The notes under the pieces were generated by a model. That model was not told the DNA's origin and ran no database searches. It saw nothing but the letters and a program-made list of their open reading frames with translations. The position numbers and the translations under genes were made by a program. Shown piece by piece: positions 28,438-36,948 of a DNA stretch of 60,505 bases. Numbering within the stretch: the stretch's first letter is position 1; every line of letters starts with the position of its first letter. Location: IMG/VR virus record IMGVR_UViG_3300002026_000030; one strand, given 5' to 3'. This DNA is from a virus.

Positions 28438-28756
28438 TGTCCAGTAGGGTTGAGGGGCATCCGGTCTTTCGCAGTGCGAACAACACGGCACGATTGATCT
28501 CGATGTAACGCGCCATGACCTGCCACGCCGGCATCATGATGGCGGGGGTCACCGCGGGAGCGAGCTTGATCTGCAGGCTTCCGTCATACGACGTCTGCGC
28601 GTCTAACTTACGTGCGCCGAACTGCTCCCACCCGTTGGGCAAGATCGGCATGGGGGTGTCGGGGTGAATACCCAGTTGCTCACACGCGATGCGGGCAGCA
28701 GTCTCATAGTTAACTACTTGCCCGGGCACAAACGCGGTTTGAGGTAGAACGATCAT
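28406..28756 (-). CDS. hypothetical protein
   Basis: ORF 28406..28930; ATG 28756 forms an ATGA overlap with upstream stop and follows GAAGGGA; upstream part of track ORF is Arg/His-rich junk. Confidence 0.55.
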   Translation of the reverse strand: MIVLPQTAFVPGQVVNYETAARIACEQLGIHPDTPMPILPNGWEQFGARKLDAQTSYDGSLQIKLAPAVTPAIMMPAWQVMARYIEINRAVLFALRKTGCPSTLLDNAHDASTHSD

Positions 28757-29046
28757 GGTACGTATCCCTTCGTGTAAGTAAACGCTAAGACAAATGGGCA
28801 GATGGCTTTCATGCGTACGCCGTGATGCACCTCGATGCTCCGGTCCTGCATGCCCAGCCGTGCGGGGGTGACGACGATGTAGGCTTCGCGTAGCGTCACG
28901 CGCCCCACTCGCGTCGAGAGCACTTCCCATACAAGGATCTGCCCCTGCTGCGCCTCGGCGGTAGGTTCCACCCAGAGTTGGCCGACCTCGACACCCAACT
29001 GCGCGGGGTCGAACTCGGCGGTGGTTAGTGCGTCGGCGGTACTCAT
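28753..29046 (-). CDS. hypothetical protein
   Basis: 97-aa ORF, ATGA overlaps at both ends. Confidence 0.55.
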   Translation of the reverse strand: MSTADALTTAEFDPAQLGVEVGQLWVEPTAEAQQGQILVWEVLSTRVGRVTLREAYIVVTPARLGMQDRSIEVHHGVRMKAICPFVLAFTYTKGYVP

Positions 29047-29357
29047 AACGGTCCTACGTAGTGGAGGAGGATGTGTTGCACGGTGCCTTTCGACAGGCCG
29101 GTTTCTTTCATGATTGTGGGGTAACGCTTCCCCTTGGTTCGGAGTCGCATCACCTCATCCCACTGCGCGTGCGTGTGCTTGGCACGGTGGTGGTCGGGGC
29201 CACGCTTGCGTAGCGACACGCCCATCTTTCTGGCGGCGTGGATAACGCCGTGTACGCTGCGCCCCGGCAACAGTGCGGAGATCTGCTTGCTGGTCATCGT
29301 GCGTGCGCTCTTGCGGACTAACGACTTCTCTGCCCGGGTCCACGGATTACCCCTCAT
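29043..29357 (-). CDS. GcrA-like / Myb-type HTH DNA-binding protein
   Basis: N-terminus WTRAEKSLV..MTSKQISALLPGRSVHGVIHAARKMGVS parallels the GcrA N-terminal pattern WT.E....L...LSASQIA..LG.V.RNAVIGK.HRLGLS; second HTH YPTIMKETGLSKGTVQHIL. Confidence 0.5.
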   Translation of the reverse strand: MRGNPWTRAEKSLVRKSARTMTSKQISALLPGRSVHGVIHAARKMGVSLRKRGPDHHRAKHTHAQWDEVMRLRTKGKRYPTIMKETGLSKGTVQHILLHYVGPL

Positions 29358-29622
29358 TGGCGTACCTCACGGCACGACGGTCAGTTTGGGTGTACACCAG
29401 CAGGAGCACTTCGGGCGATAGCGTCATCTCTAGTGGGCCACCGAATGGACAAACGTTGTCATACGTTTGCGGGCTCCGAACAGTCTCATTCGCAACAAGG
29501 ACCACAGCCTCACCTGAGACCGACCGTACGAACCACTCTTTGCGCCGACGTTTTTCTGCGTCGTGCGCGTGGAACCAGATACTACCTAGTGGGATTAGTT
29601 GTTTAGCGTCGATGCTGAACAT
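29347..29622 (-). CDS. hypothetical protein
   Basis: ORF 29347..29796; only the part from ATG 29622 (or 29634) has protein-like composition and avoids long overlap with 29603..29878. Confidence 0.45.
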   Translation of the reverse strand: MFSIDAKQLIPLGSIWFHAHDAEKRRRKEWFVRSVSGEAVVLVANETVRSPQTYDNVCPFGGPLEMTLSPEVLLLVYTQTDRRAVRYANEG

Positions 29623-29878
29623 GGGAGTCACCATTCTTTGTGCCCGCCAACTTGATCTCGGCGATGCTGCGGCGGTGGATGTACCCCGCGTTCTCGAACT
29701 CGATGTGCTTACCGAGCACGCCCTTAACGACATCAGTGCGGGGGAAGATGTACCCACGGCCAGACTTGTCGATCCCACCGTGCAGCAGGTAGTCAACTTC
29801 TTTACCGATGAGCTTCTGCGCTTCGACTTTTGTACCGAATGGGAGCGCCTCGCCTGTCATGTACTGGCACTCACTCAT
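29603..29878 (-). CDS. hypothetical protein
   Basis: 91-aa ORF, ATGA overlap with upstream stop. Confidence 0.55.
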   Translation of the reverse strand: MSECQYMTGEALPFGTKVEAQKLIGKEVDYLLHGGIDKSGRGYIFPRTDVVKGVLGKHIEFENAGYIHRRSIAEIKLAGTKNGDSHVQHRR

Positions 29879-30066
29879 GGGGATTCCCTCCGCTTTAACT
29901 CGTGGCCATCAGGGAGTGCGGCTTGCCACTCCATGAACTGCGCGCGCTGCGGGCACCAACTCATGTGGGGGTCCATGGGTGGACGCCCGTTGAATGTGTA
30001 CGCGTAGCCGCCGCAGGTGCAGCGGTGATCGAACGTCTTTAACTCCAAGGCTTCCCCGGGGGTCAT
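29875..30066 (-). CDS. hypothetical Cys/His-containing small protein
   Basis: ATG 30066 forms ATGA overlap with upstream stop; HRCTCGG...WCPQ. Confidence 0.45.
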   Translation of the reverse strand: MTPGEALELKTFDHRCTCGGYAYTFNGRPPMDPHMSWCPQRAQFMEWQAALPDGHELKRRESP

Positions 30067-30272
30067 GGCAGATGCCTCCACAGCGCGAGCAACACGAGGA
30101 CGAACGCGACGAGGACGAACGCCATCCCGATACACAGCCCCCATATCACGACTGCGCGGTACGTCGGGTCACGGACGACGCGGATCTTCCCTTCGGGGGT
30201 TCCATTCGCGCCGCGGATAATAACGATCAACGCCGTACCAATTACGAGGAAAAACACTGCTAATGCGATCAT
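30063..30272 (-). CDS. small two-TM membrane protein
   Basis: 69 aa; MIALAVFFLVIGTALIVII and VVIWGLCIGMAFVLVAFVLVLLAL hydrophobic spans; ATGA overlaps at both ends. Confidence 0.6.
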   Translation of the reverse strand: MIALAVFFLVIGTALIVIIRGANGTPEGKIRVVRDPTYRAVVIWGLCIGMAFVLVAFVLVLLALWRHLP

Positions 30273-30505
30273 GACTTTTGCTCCGGTGGTGGTGGTGGTG
30301 TAGGCATCCAGTGGGTAGGTGGCCTGCTGCGACTTACGGTGACTTGCTGGAGGGCGTCAGTCCGGTTCCAAAAAGGTCGTGGCCTTTTGGAGTAAGCGTC
30401 TTCATCCCACCTAGCGCAACTCACAACGCCGTTCCATGTTGGTGGATAGACGGTGATGTACGTTCCGTCCTTCGGCGCGGTCTCTATCGGCTGCCAGTCA
30501 TTCAT
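30269..30505 (-). CDS. DUF551-like small protein
   Basis: N-terminal W.PIETAPKDG motif common in small phage proteins of this type. Confidence 0.45.
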   Translation of the reverse strand: MNDWQPIETAPKDGTYITVYPPTWNGVVSCARWDEDAYSKRPRPFWNRTDALQQVTVSRSRPPTHWMPTPPPPPEQKS

Positions 30506-31337
30506 TACCCACCCCCGCTGCGGCTAGTGCTTTGCGGATGCGCTCTTGCGTCAGCCTCGTCGCCTCTCCGGTGTACGCCTCAAGTCCGGCCAGAGCCTCC
30601 CGCAACGCCTCCACCAACTGCGCCTGCCGTTTCTCAAGCTCGCGGACTCGCGTGTAAACGTCGCCTTTTGGATTTTCTTGGGGAACGTCCGCGCTGGCCT
30701 GCGGCTGCGGGGCTTCGTGAGGCGCTCTCAATTCAACCTCTACGCCGCCGTCTCTCCAGCTTTTCGCGTAGAGCTGAGCCTGAGATTCATTGGCAAAGGT
30801 AGACCAGCCCGACCACCTGCCGTCTGAGAGTCTGTTTCGCAATTGCCAAGCCACCGGCTCGGCCTGCGGCTGCGGCTGCGGGGCGTCGATGTTGTCCGGC
30901 CACGACACATCACGGCCGTACGCGGTGCCGTCCCATGTGCCCATGTACTTCGGTAGTGACTCGATGCGCGGCAGGTCCTTCGGACCCATGTGCCATGACA
31001 CCTGACCAACGCCCGGGACATCCACGTACACGACGTTGCGCCACTCCGGGTCCCAGTCTTTCTCTGGGGTGTCGTCGTACCCACGGCCAGCGCTGCCACC
31101 ATGGAGCAGCGTGACTTTCGCCAACGCTACGGCGAGCGCGTTGCGCTGCGAGTACACATCGTCCAGCGATTGCTGCAGCGCTGCGGTCTTGAGTTCGAGC
31201 GTGTTGACCTTCCCTTCGATGGTGTCGAGGTCGTACGTCGCTTCGCCGATCATGGTGTCGCGGATCTCCGCCAGCTGCGCCATGTTGAGCCAGCCGCGGG
31301 TCATACATTTCTCGATGAGGCCAAGTGTTGCTTGCAT
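30498..31337 (-). CDS. hypothetical protein with N-terminal coiled coil
   Basis: 279 aa; AGGAGA upstream of ATG 31337. Confidence 0.6.
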   Translation of the reverse strand: MQATLGLIEKCMTRGWLNMAQLAEIRDTMIGEATYDLDTIEGKVNTLELKTAALQQSLDDVYSQRNALAVALAKVTLLHGGSAGRGYDDTPEKDWDPEWRNVVYVDVPGVGQVSWHMGPKDLPRIESLPKYMGTWDGTAYGRDVSWPDNIDAPQPQPQAEPVAWQLRNRLSDGRWSGWSTFANESQAQLYAKSWRDGGVEVELRAPHEAPQPQASADVPQENPKGDVYTRVRELEKRQAQLVEALREALAGLEAYTGEATRLTQERIRKALAAAGVGNE

Positions 31338-31355
31338 GTCGAATCTCCTAAGTGG

Positions 31356-32372
31356 TTAGAGCACCGCGCCCCAGTCCATCGCGACAGGGTGTGCCTCTCG
31401 CCAGAACGCGGTGATGTTGCGAACCTTGCGGATGTACGAGCCTTGCGAGTGCGCCGTGATCATCTGGATCAGCGGCACCGCCGGGAGGTCGCGCGACACG
31501 TAGACCATGCGCTGGTCGTCGATGTTGGCCGGACTCACCACCTCGTCGGGGTCCAACGCTGCGCGTAGCCCACGCTGGAACTGCTGACACCACGGCTGCG
31601 TGCCGAACATCAGGTGGTTGACTAGCCGCGCCCACCCTTCGTCACCAACACCGGGGAGCGCAACGATCGCGTCCGTGATCTTCGTGCGGCCAGCGATCTG
31701 CAGCATGGGTAACGTCTGGGGTAGCGACTGGTCACACTGCACCGCCGTGTACGCCAGCCGCATCAGCCATGCGACGTGCAGTGGATCGACACCCAACACG
31801 AGCGCGGAGCCACCGTGCACCGCTACGGCGTCGGTGCGGAGGATCATGCCGAACTCCTCCGCGAGGGTGCACCCGACGGGAACTTCGGGGAACTTGTTTG
31901 ACGATAGATCCTCGTCGTCGCCGACCGGCTTGGTCTCGATACTGCACACGTACTGCTCGTCGTAATGCTGGACGATAGGGAACGGTCGGAACAGCGGCGG
32001 TGTCTTCATGGGGTGCGGGGGTGCCTTGTAGGTGAATTGGTCACGAGCGATGTTCGGCGAGCCGCGCCACATGCGTGACGCAAACTGCGCTTGCATGGCA
32101 GCGCCGGACGCTGCGCTACTCGCGCCTTGCATGCCGGAGATCGAGCCCAGAATGTGGGCGTTCATGCTGTCGACCATGCCCTGATACACCGACCCGGACA
32201 TGGCTTTCTGTCGGTCGTACGTGGCCTGCGCATACCTCATAGCATCCAGCGTGTCCTGACTGGTGACGTCGCGGATGGTGATGCCGCTGGACAACTTCAT
32301 CGTCCCATCGGGCGCCGGGGGGTCCGGCGCCTTAGCACGAATGAACTTGACGAACTTGGCAGTGAAACTCAT
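31356..32372 (-). CDS. hypothetical protein (last gene of the MoxR-VWA-DUF3150 transcription unit)
   Basis: ORF 31356..32489; ATG 32372 lies 5 nt after the upstream TAA with GGGGAG upstream. Confidence 0.6.
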   Translation of the reverse strand: MSFTAKFVKFIRAKAPDPPAPDGTMKLSSGITIRDVTSQDTLDAMRYAQATYDRQKAMSGSVYQGMVDSMNAHILGSISGMQGASSAASGAAMQAQFASRMWRGSPNIARDQFTYKAPPHPMKTPPLFRPFPIVQHYDEQYVCSIETKPVGDDEDLSSNKFPEVPVGCTLAEEFGMILRTDAVAVHGGSALVLGVDPLHVAWLMRLAYTAVQCDQSLPQTLPMLQIAGRTKITDAIVALPGVGDEGWARLVNHLMFGTQPWCQQFQRGLRAALDPDEVVSPANIDDQRMVYVSRDLPAVPLIQMITAHSQGSYIRKVRNITAFWREAHPVAMDWGAVL

Positions 32373-32377
32373 GGCGA

Positions 32378-33256
32378 TTACTCCCCAAGCAGACCGAGCA
32401 TGTCGTTGACCAGCGTCTGTGCCTTGTCGGCCACTTCGCTGCGGGCGGTGTCCATGGTGCGCAACGTCGTCGGGCTGTAGAGGCAGCACTCGGCCAGCAC
32501 GCGCTGACGGATCGCTTCCAACTCAGCGTGGCCGAACACGTTGAGCGGACCCAACGCCTCGGCCGTAGCCCGTACGTTGTCCACGGTGGTGTCGCGGAAG
32601 ATCGGGAACTTGCCGTCATCGCCGCGGCGCAACTTCTCGGCCAGATGCTTGACGTCCGTCAGCAAGCGCTCGATGGCCGTACGCAATGCGTTCTCCACCA
32701 GTTCACGTGCGCGGCTCTCGCCCGCTGCTTCAAGTGCAGCCACCTGCTCATCGGTGAGACCGTAGCGCACGTCGTCGGTGAAGCCCGCCGGCAGGGGCGA
32801 GAACGTCACGCGGAAGCTGAACCGCGGACGCACCTGATCGGTCGGGGGGTAGTCGGACGTATCGGCCAGATCACCGAGCGAGGCGAGCGCCTGCTGGCGC
32901 AGGATCGGATACTCCTCGACGAACGCATCGACCGCCGTGTTGAACTCGGCGCGGAACTCCGCGATCTTCGCCATGACAGCGAACGCCTTGGTGTTAGGGA
33001 GCAGGCGGTTACCCGCGTCGTCCCACGGCAGGGTCTCGGCGTCGAGGTAACGGCGAACGTTGGTGTCAATGCGGCGGATAGCCGTCAGCAACGTGTCGGC
33101 ACCGGCGAGCAGGCGCTTGTTGACGCGAGCGCTGTCGGCGATGGCACCGGCGTCGCCAGTGACCTTGGTGCTCGCCTTGCGGTCGAGCTTCATACCCGAC
33201 CACGACGAGATGGAGACGTACGCCAGCATGGCGCGTTGTGCGATGTTAGTGCTCAT
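32378..33256 (-). CDS. DUF3150-like protein
   Basis: 292 aa; N-terminus LAYVSISSWSGMKLDRKAST..ARVNKRLL...TLPWDDAGNRLLP recalls DUF3150 proteins, which co-occur with MoxR/VWA pairs; from memory, needs HMM confirmation. Confidence 0.5.
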   Translation of the reverse strand: MSTNIAQRAMLAYVSISSWSGMKLDRKASTKVTGDAGAIADSARVNKRLLAGADTLLTAIRRIDTNVRRYLDAETLPWDDAGNRLLPNTKAFAVMAKIAEFRAEFNTAVDAFVEEYPILRQQALASLGDLADTSDYPPTDQVRPRFSFRVTFSPLPAGFTDDVRYGLTDEQVAALEAAGESRARELVENALRTAIERLLTDVKHLAEKLRRGDDGKFPIFRDTTVDNVRATAEALGPLNVFGHAELEAIRQRVLAECCLYSPTTLRTMDTARSEVADKAQTLVNDMLGLLGE

Positions 33257-33259
33257 GAA

Positions 33260-33274
33260 TTAACCCCTGATTAA
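33260..33274. promoter_or_regulatory. TTAA-N7-TTAA box enclosing the Shine-Dalgarno of 32378..33256
   Basis: minus-sense TTAATCAGGGGTTAA then TTC-ATG; first TTAA contains the VWA gene stop. Confidence 0.5.
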
Positions 33275-34482
33275 ATGTGGCCCTTGAGGGCGATGGTGGA
33301 ACCGTAGGGAGCAACTTGCGAGGTGGTCATGGCCCAGATGACCGGGAACTTCGGGCGCTTGTTGTACGGGGTGTAGCCGTCGGTGAACACGACCACGAGG
33401 TCGCAGCGGCCGAGGTCGTCGTACGCCACTTCGAGATCCGTGCCACCACCGGCGCGCACACCCTTGCCGAACGCTTGCTTGAGTTGCGACATGTCCTTGA
33501 TCGAATCGAGGCGATGCACATGCGTGTCGGTCCATGCGATGCGCACCTCGCGCGGCTTGTACTCCTGCAGGATCAGCGCCAAGTGCCCGCCGAACACATC
33601 AAGCTCGCGCTGCCCGATGGAGCCGGACAAGTCCACGACCACGCCCACGGTGCCAAGACGGTAGCCGTCACGCCCGGGAGCACCGATGCCCCGGACGATG
33701 AGCTTGCGGTTGAGCTTGCGGCAGGACGTCGCGTCCTTGCCGTTAGCCACCTGCGACACGCGCTTGCGCAAGACCTTCCATGGATCATGCGGAGGCTTAG
33801 TCAACTCTTTGATCATGCGCTCGACCGACGGGGGTACCGCACCGCCGAGTGCCTTGGCCACGCGCGCCGCGTTGATCACGGCACCGGGGGTGATCGCAGG
33901 CTCGACGTCGTCATCGAGCATGTCGAAGTCTTCTTCGAGGCCATGCTCATCGAGCGCCTGCTGTTGCGCCTTGCCGCTGGTCGGCGACTGTTGCTGCTGG
34001 TTCTCCAGCTTGATGTAGATTTCCTGCGGCGTCATCGACGTCGGGAACTTGACGGTGTCGCAGAACCAAGTCGGCTGTACCACGCCCACGCCAGCTTCCT
34101 TGATCTGGCCGTTGACGCAGTAGTCGATCGCTTCCATCCAGCGGTTACGGTCGAACGCCTTGCCGTCTGGGCCGACGTTGGTGCGGTAATACTCGGCCTG
34201 CATCGGCACGTGTTGGAACACGCCGTGCATGACCTCGTGGGCGAACGCAGCGAGACGGCCCTCGGGCGGCAGACTCTTGAGGAACGCGGGGTTGTACATG
34301 AAGGTGCGGACACCGACGGCCAGCGTCGGGATGCTGTCGGTGGCCACGTGCTTGTAACGCATGAACAAGCTGGCGAAGAACGGAGCGTTCATCATCAGGA
34401 CGGCGGCGGTGTCCTTGTACTCGGTCGAGTGCAAGAGCTTGCCGTTGGGGTGCGGGGTCTTGGCAAACATGGCGGTGCTCAC
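33271..34482 (-). CDS. VWA-domain protein with N-terminal HExxH metallopeptidase-like domain (DUF2201 type)
   Basis: FAHEVMHGVFQH (HExxH); VWA/MIDAS-like VVVDLSGSI ... GGGTD ... VVVFTDGYT. Confidence 0.75.
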   Translation of the reverse strand: MSTAMFAKTPHPNGKLLHSTEYKDTAAVLMMNAPFFASLFMRYKHVATDSIPTLAVGVRTFMYNPAFLKSLPPEGRLAAFAHEVMHGVFQHVPMQAEYYRTNVGPDGKAFDRNRWMEAIDYCVNGQIKEAGVGVVQPTWFCDTVKFPTSMTPQEIYIKLENQQQQSPTSGKAQQQALDEHGLEEDFDMLDDDVEPAITPGAVINAARVAKALGGAVPPSVERMIKELTKPPHDPWKVLRKRVSQVANGKDATSCRKLNRKLIVRGIGAPGRDGYRLGTVGVVVDLSGSIGQRELDVFGGHLALILQEYKPREVRIAWTDTHVHRLDSIKDMSQLKQAFGKGVRAGGGTDLEVAYDDLGRCDLVVVFTDGYTPYNKRPKFPVIWAMTTSQVAPYGSTIALKGHI

Positions 34483-35540
34483 TTGTTCGCGAACTTGGCG
34501 AGACGGGCGATGACGTCGCTGTTAGCGGCGCCCCATGTGGCGAACTCGGTCGTGTTGCCGAACTTCGTGTCACGACGCAGCAAGCCAGCGACGCCGACCA
34601 TGGCGTAGTTGGCGTCGTAACGGCTCAGGTACTTGATGACGGGGCCAGCGTCTTTGAGCGCGGCGCGGGTCACGCAGAGCATGATCGCGGCGTACTGCTG
34701 GTCCAACTCGGACGGTACCTTCGCGCGCTCCGGGTCGGTCACAATTTCCGCATAGGACGGCAGCTTGCCGAACATCTCGACGGCCGCACGGAACTCCACC
34801 GCTGCACCGGTGCCGATCAGACCGCACGCCAGCGCAAACGCAGCGCCATCCGTAGCGAAGTCCGAGCGACCTCCGGGCCACGACTCGATCAGCTTGGCCA
34901 GTGCCTCGGCCGATCGGTGCGTGAAGTACGGGGTGTTGTCCTGCTCAGGGATCTTGCCCAGTAGCTCGCCGCCGCGCAGCTTGAGGAACGTCGGCACTTC
35001 GGGGCCGTACTCCTTGCCGATGAGGTAAGCGACAAGCTCGTCAACGGTCGGGGGTTCCACCTCGACGATGCACAGGCGGTTGACCACGTGCGAGAGGAAC
35101 GAGTTAGCGCCAGCGTTGTCATCGACGCGGTTACCTGCCACGACGACCTGCCAGCCGGGGGGTAGCACGTTGTCACCGATGCGGCGCTCCAGAAGCAGCG
35201 AGGCGATAGCCTTCTGTACTTCCGGTGCAGCCTGCGGCAGTTCGTCGAGGAACAGGATGCCGTGCGTCTGCTCAGGGGTGGGCCAGAACGGCGGCAGGGT
35301 GAAGATGGCCTTGTTGCCATCCGGCACCACGTAGCCGCGCACATCGACCTCAGAGATCGAGGCGAGTTCAACGACCTTGACGAAGTGCTCGATGCCCGTC
35401 TGTGCATACAGGCGGCGGGCTGCCTCATGTACACCAGCGGTCTTGCCGATGCCCGGAGCACCGAGCATGGTGAGCGTGATGTTGGCATTGCGGCAGGCGT
35501 TGATGCAGGCAGCAATGGCGGAGAATTTGATGCTGTTCAT
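34479..35540 (-). CDS. MoxR/CobS-like AAA+ ATPase
   Basis: Walker A GAPGIGKT, Walker B ILFLDELP, sensor-1 VVVAGN; ATG 35540 (AGGAAA upstream) preferred over GTG 35612, which lies at the predicted transcription start. Confidence 0.8.
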   Translation of the reverse strand: MNSIKFSAIAACINACRNANITLTMLGAPGIGKTAGVHEAARRLYAQTGIEHFVKVVELASISEVDVRGYVVPDGNKAIFTLPPFWPTPEQTHGILFLDELPQAAPEVQKAIASLLLERRIGDNVLPPGWQVVVAGNRVDDNAGANSFLSHVVNRLCIVEVEPPTVDELVAYLIGKEYGPEVPTFLKLRGGELLGKIPEQDNTPYFTHRSAEALAKLIESWPGGRSDFATDGAAFALACGLIGTGAAVEFRAAVEMFGKLPSYAEIVTDPERAKVPSELDQQYAAIMLCVTRAALKDAGPVIKYLSRYDANYAMVGVAGLLRRDTKFGNTTEFATWGAANSDVIARLAKFANK

Positions 35541-35560
35541 GAGTAATTTCCTGAGAGTAA

Positions 35561-35575
35561 TTAAACAGTGATTAA
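35561..35575. promoter_or_regulatory. TTAA-N7-TTAA box in the leader of the MoxR operon
   Basis: TTAAACAGTGATTAA, 20 nt upstream of ATG 35540, about 40 nt downstream of the promoter at 35621-35649. Confidence 0.5.
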
Positions 35576-35620
35576 GTCGGTGATCAGTGGGAGGCGATGG
35601 CCGCACTCCCACTGTATAAC

Positions 35621-35649
35621 ATTGTACTACATTTGACGGGGTTTGTCAA
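35621..35649 (-). promoter_or_regulatory. sigma70-type promoter (TTGACA-17-TACAAT)
   Basis: minus strand: TTGACA (35649-35644), 17-nt spacer, TACAAT (35626-35621); in the gap between 35653..35877 and the MoxR gene. Confidence 0.75.
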
Positions 35650-35652
35650 GTG

Positions 35653-35877
35653 TTACGTGCGGGGAAGCGCCGCCGTTGGTACGGGCTGTGTCAAGCGCTC
35701 CAGCCAGTACGACGCTGCCCCATAGCCCGGGGCGATGATGATGGCGAAGTCGTTGCCGTGCATCTCGCAACGCACACTCAAGCTCGTCGTACGGCAGGTG
35801 TCGAGCACCTGCAGCACGCGGTCTTGTAGTTCCTTCGGCTGGCGACGGAAGTCGAACGCGGTGGCTGCGGGGTTCAT
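35653..35877 (-). CDS. hypothetical protein
   Basis: 74-aa ORF, start overlaps upstream stop. Confidence 0.5.
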   Translation of the reverse strand: MNPAATAFDFRRQPKELQDRVLQVLDTCRTTSLSVRCEMHGNDFAIIIAPGYGAASYWLERLTQPVPTAALPRT

Positions 35878-36920
35878 TCCGTATCCCCTTCGCCCGAGTC
35901 AGCGGCGTTGTACTTCACCAGCGACGCCTCGATGGCAGGCCATGCGGGCGACTCCGTGATCTGTGCCCACACATCGTCGAGCCAGTTCTGCACGTCGCCC
36001 ACGGTAGCGCCTTGGTCCAGACTACCGAGCGCACCACGCACCACGTGGACCAACTGGGTGAACGACTCCAGCGTGCCGAGCGTGTTGTCGGGCGGGCAGT
36101 TGGCCGGACCCAGTACGAACAGCCCATGGATCATCGGCTGCATGTCGCGCCAGAACGGCGAGGGACTGCCGACCTTCTTGCGGGGCGGATGCTGCTTGGC
36201 GAACGGCGACAACTTCGGACGGCCCTTGCCGGGGATGCCAGCAGGTGCGATGTCCGCCGGTGCGGGGATGCCGGGGTACCAACGCGTCGGCTCCTGCGCC
36301 ACGACAGCGACCGGCTCGGGGGTGCCAGCGTGTTCTTTCTCGGGCGGCAGGGGCTGGCTCGACACCAGCGTCAAGATCGGCGCCGGCTGCCCCGTCGTCG
36401 GGATGATGACCTCCTCGGCCTCCCGTACGGGGACCACGCCGTCCAGCGCAGCCAGAGCGCTCAGGACCGTGTCCGGCACCGCGATGGTGGCCGGTGCCAC
36501 GGGCGGCTGCGGGATGGCCGGAGGCGCAGGCGGAGCGGGCGGCGGGGGTGGTGCGGCCGGGGCCTTGGGCACGGGCTTAGCCCACGCCACATCAAAGCGT
36601 TCGATGTCCTCCGAGTTGACGGGGATCGAGTCGATGGGCTTCCACGCGTCGGTGTACACCTGCAGTGCAGGGGCAGGCTCACCACGCACGATGCGCAGTA
36701 GGGCCAACGTGTCAGCGATCACGTGGGGGTGGAACGCAGTCACCAGTTCAGTCGGGGCCACCGTGCGTGCCGCACCGGAGTGCTGAACCGCATAGAGACC
36801 CGTGTCCTTCATGGTCAGGGCGAGCGCGTCAGTGAGCACGGCCGTGGGGCCTTGCACCGCTTGGGATGCCTTGAGCGTAGCCAGCAGGTGGGCAATGCCC
36901 GGATTGTTGGGGTTAATCAT
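35874..36920 (-). CDS. hypothetical protein with internal poly-Pro/Ala linker
   Basis: 348 aa; KAPAAPPPPPAPPAPPAIPQPPVAPA linker; GGAGAA upstream of ATG 36920. Confidence 0.6.
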   Translation of the reverse strand: MINPNNPGIAHLLATLKASQAVQGPTAVLTDALALTMKDTGLYAVQHSGAARTVAPTELVTAFHPHVIADTLALLRIVRGEPAPALQVYTDAWKPIDSIPVNSEDIERFDVAWAKPVPKAPAAPPPPPAPPAPPAIPQPPVAPATIAVPDTVLSALAALDGVVPVREAEEVIIPTTGQPAPILTLVSSQPLPPEKEHAGTPEPVAVVAQEPTRWYPGIPAPADIAPAGIPGKGRPKLSPFAKQHPPRKKVGSPSPFWRDMQPMIHGLFVLGPANCPPDNTLGTLESFTQLVHVVRGALGSLDQGATVGDVQNWLDDVWAQITESPAWPAIEASLVKYNAADSGEGDTE

Positions 36921-36934
36921 CGTAGTTCTCCGAA

Positions 36935-36948
36935 TTAATCATGATTAA
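36935..36948. promoter_or_regulatory. TTAA-N6-TTAA variant box (14-bp perfect palindrome TTAATCATGATTAA)
   Basis: overlaps last codons and stop of 36935..38170, 14 nt upstream of ATG 36920. Confidence 0.4.
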
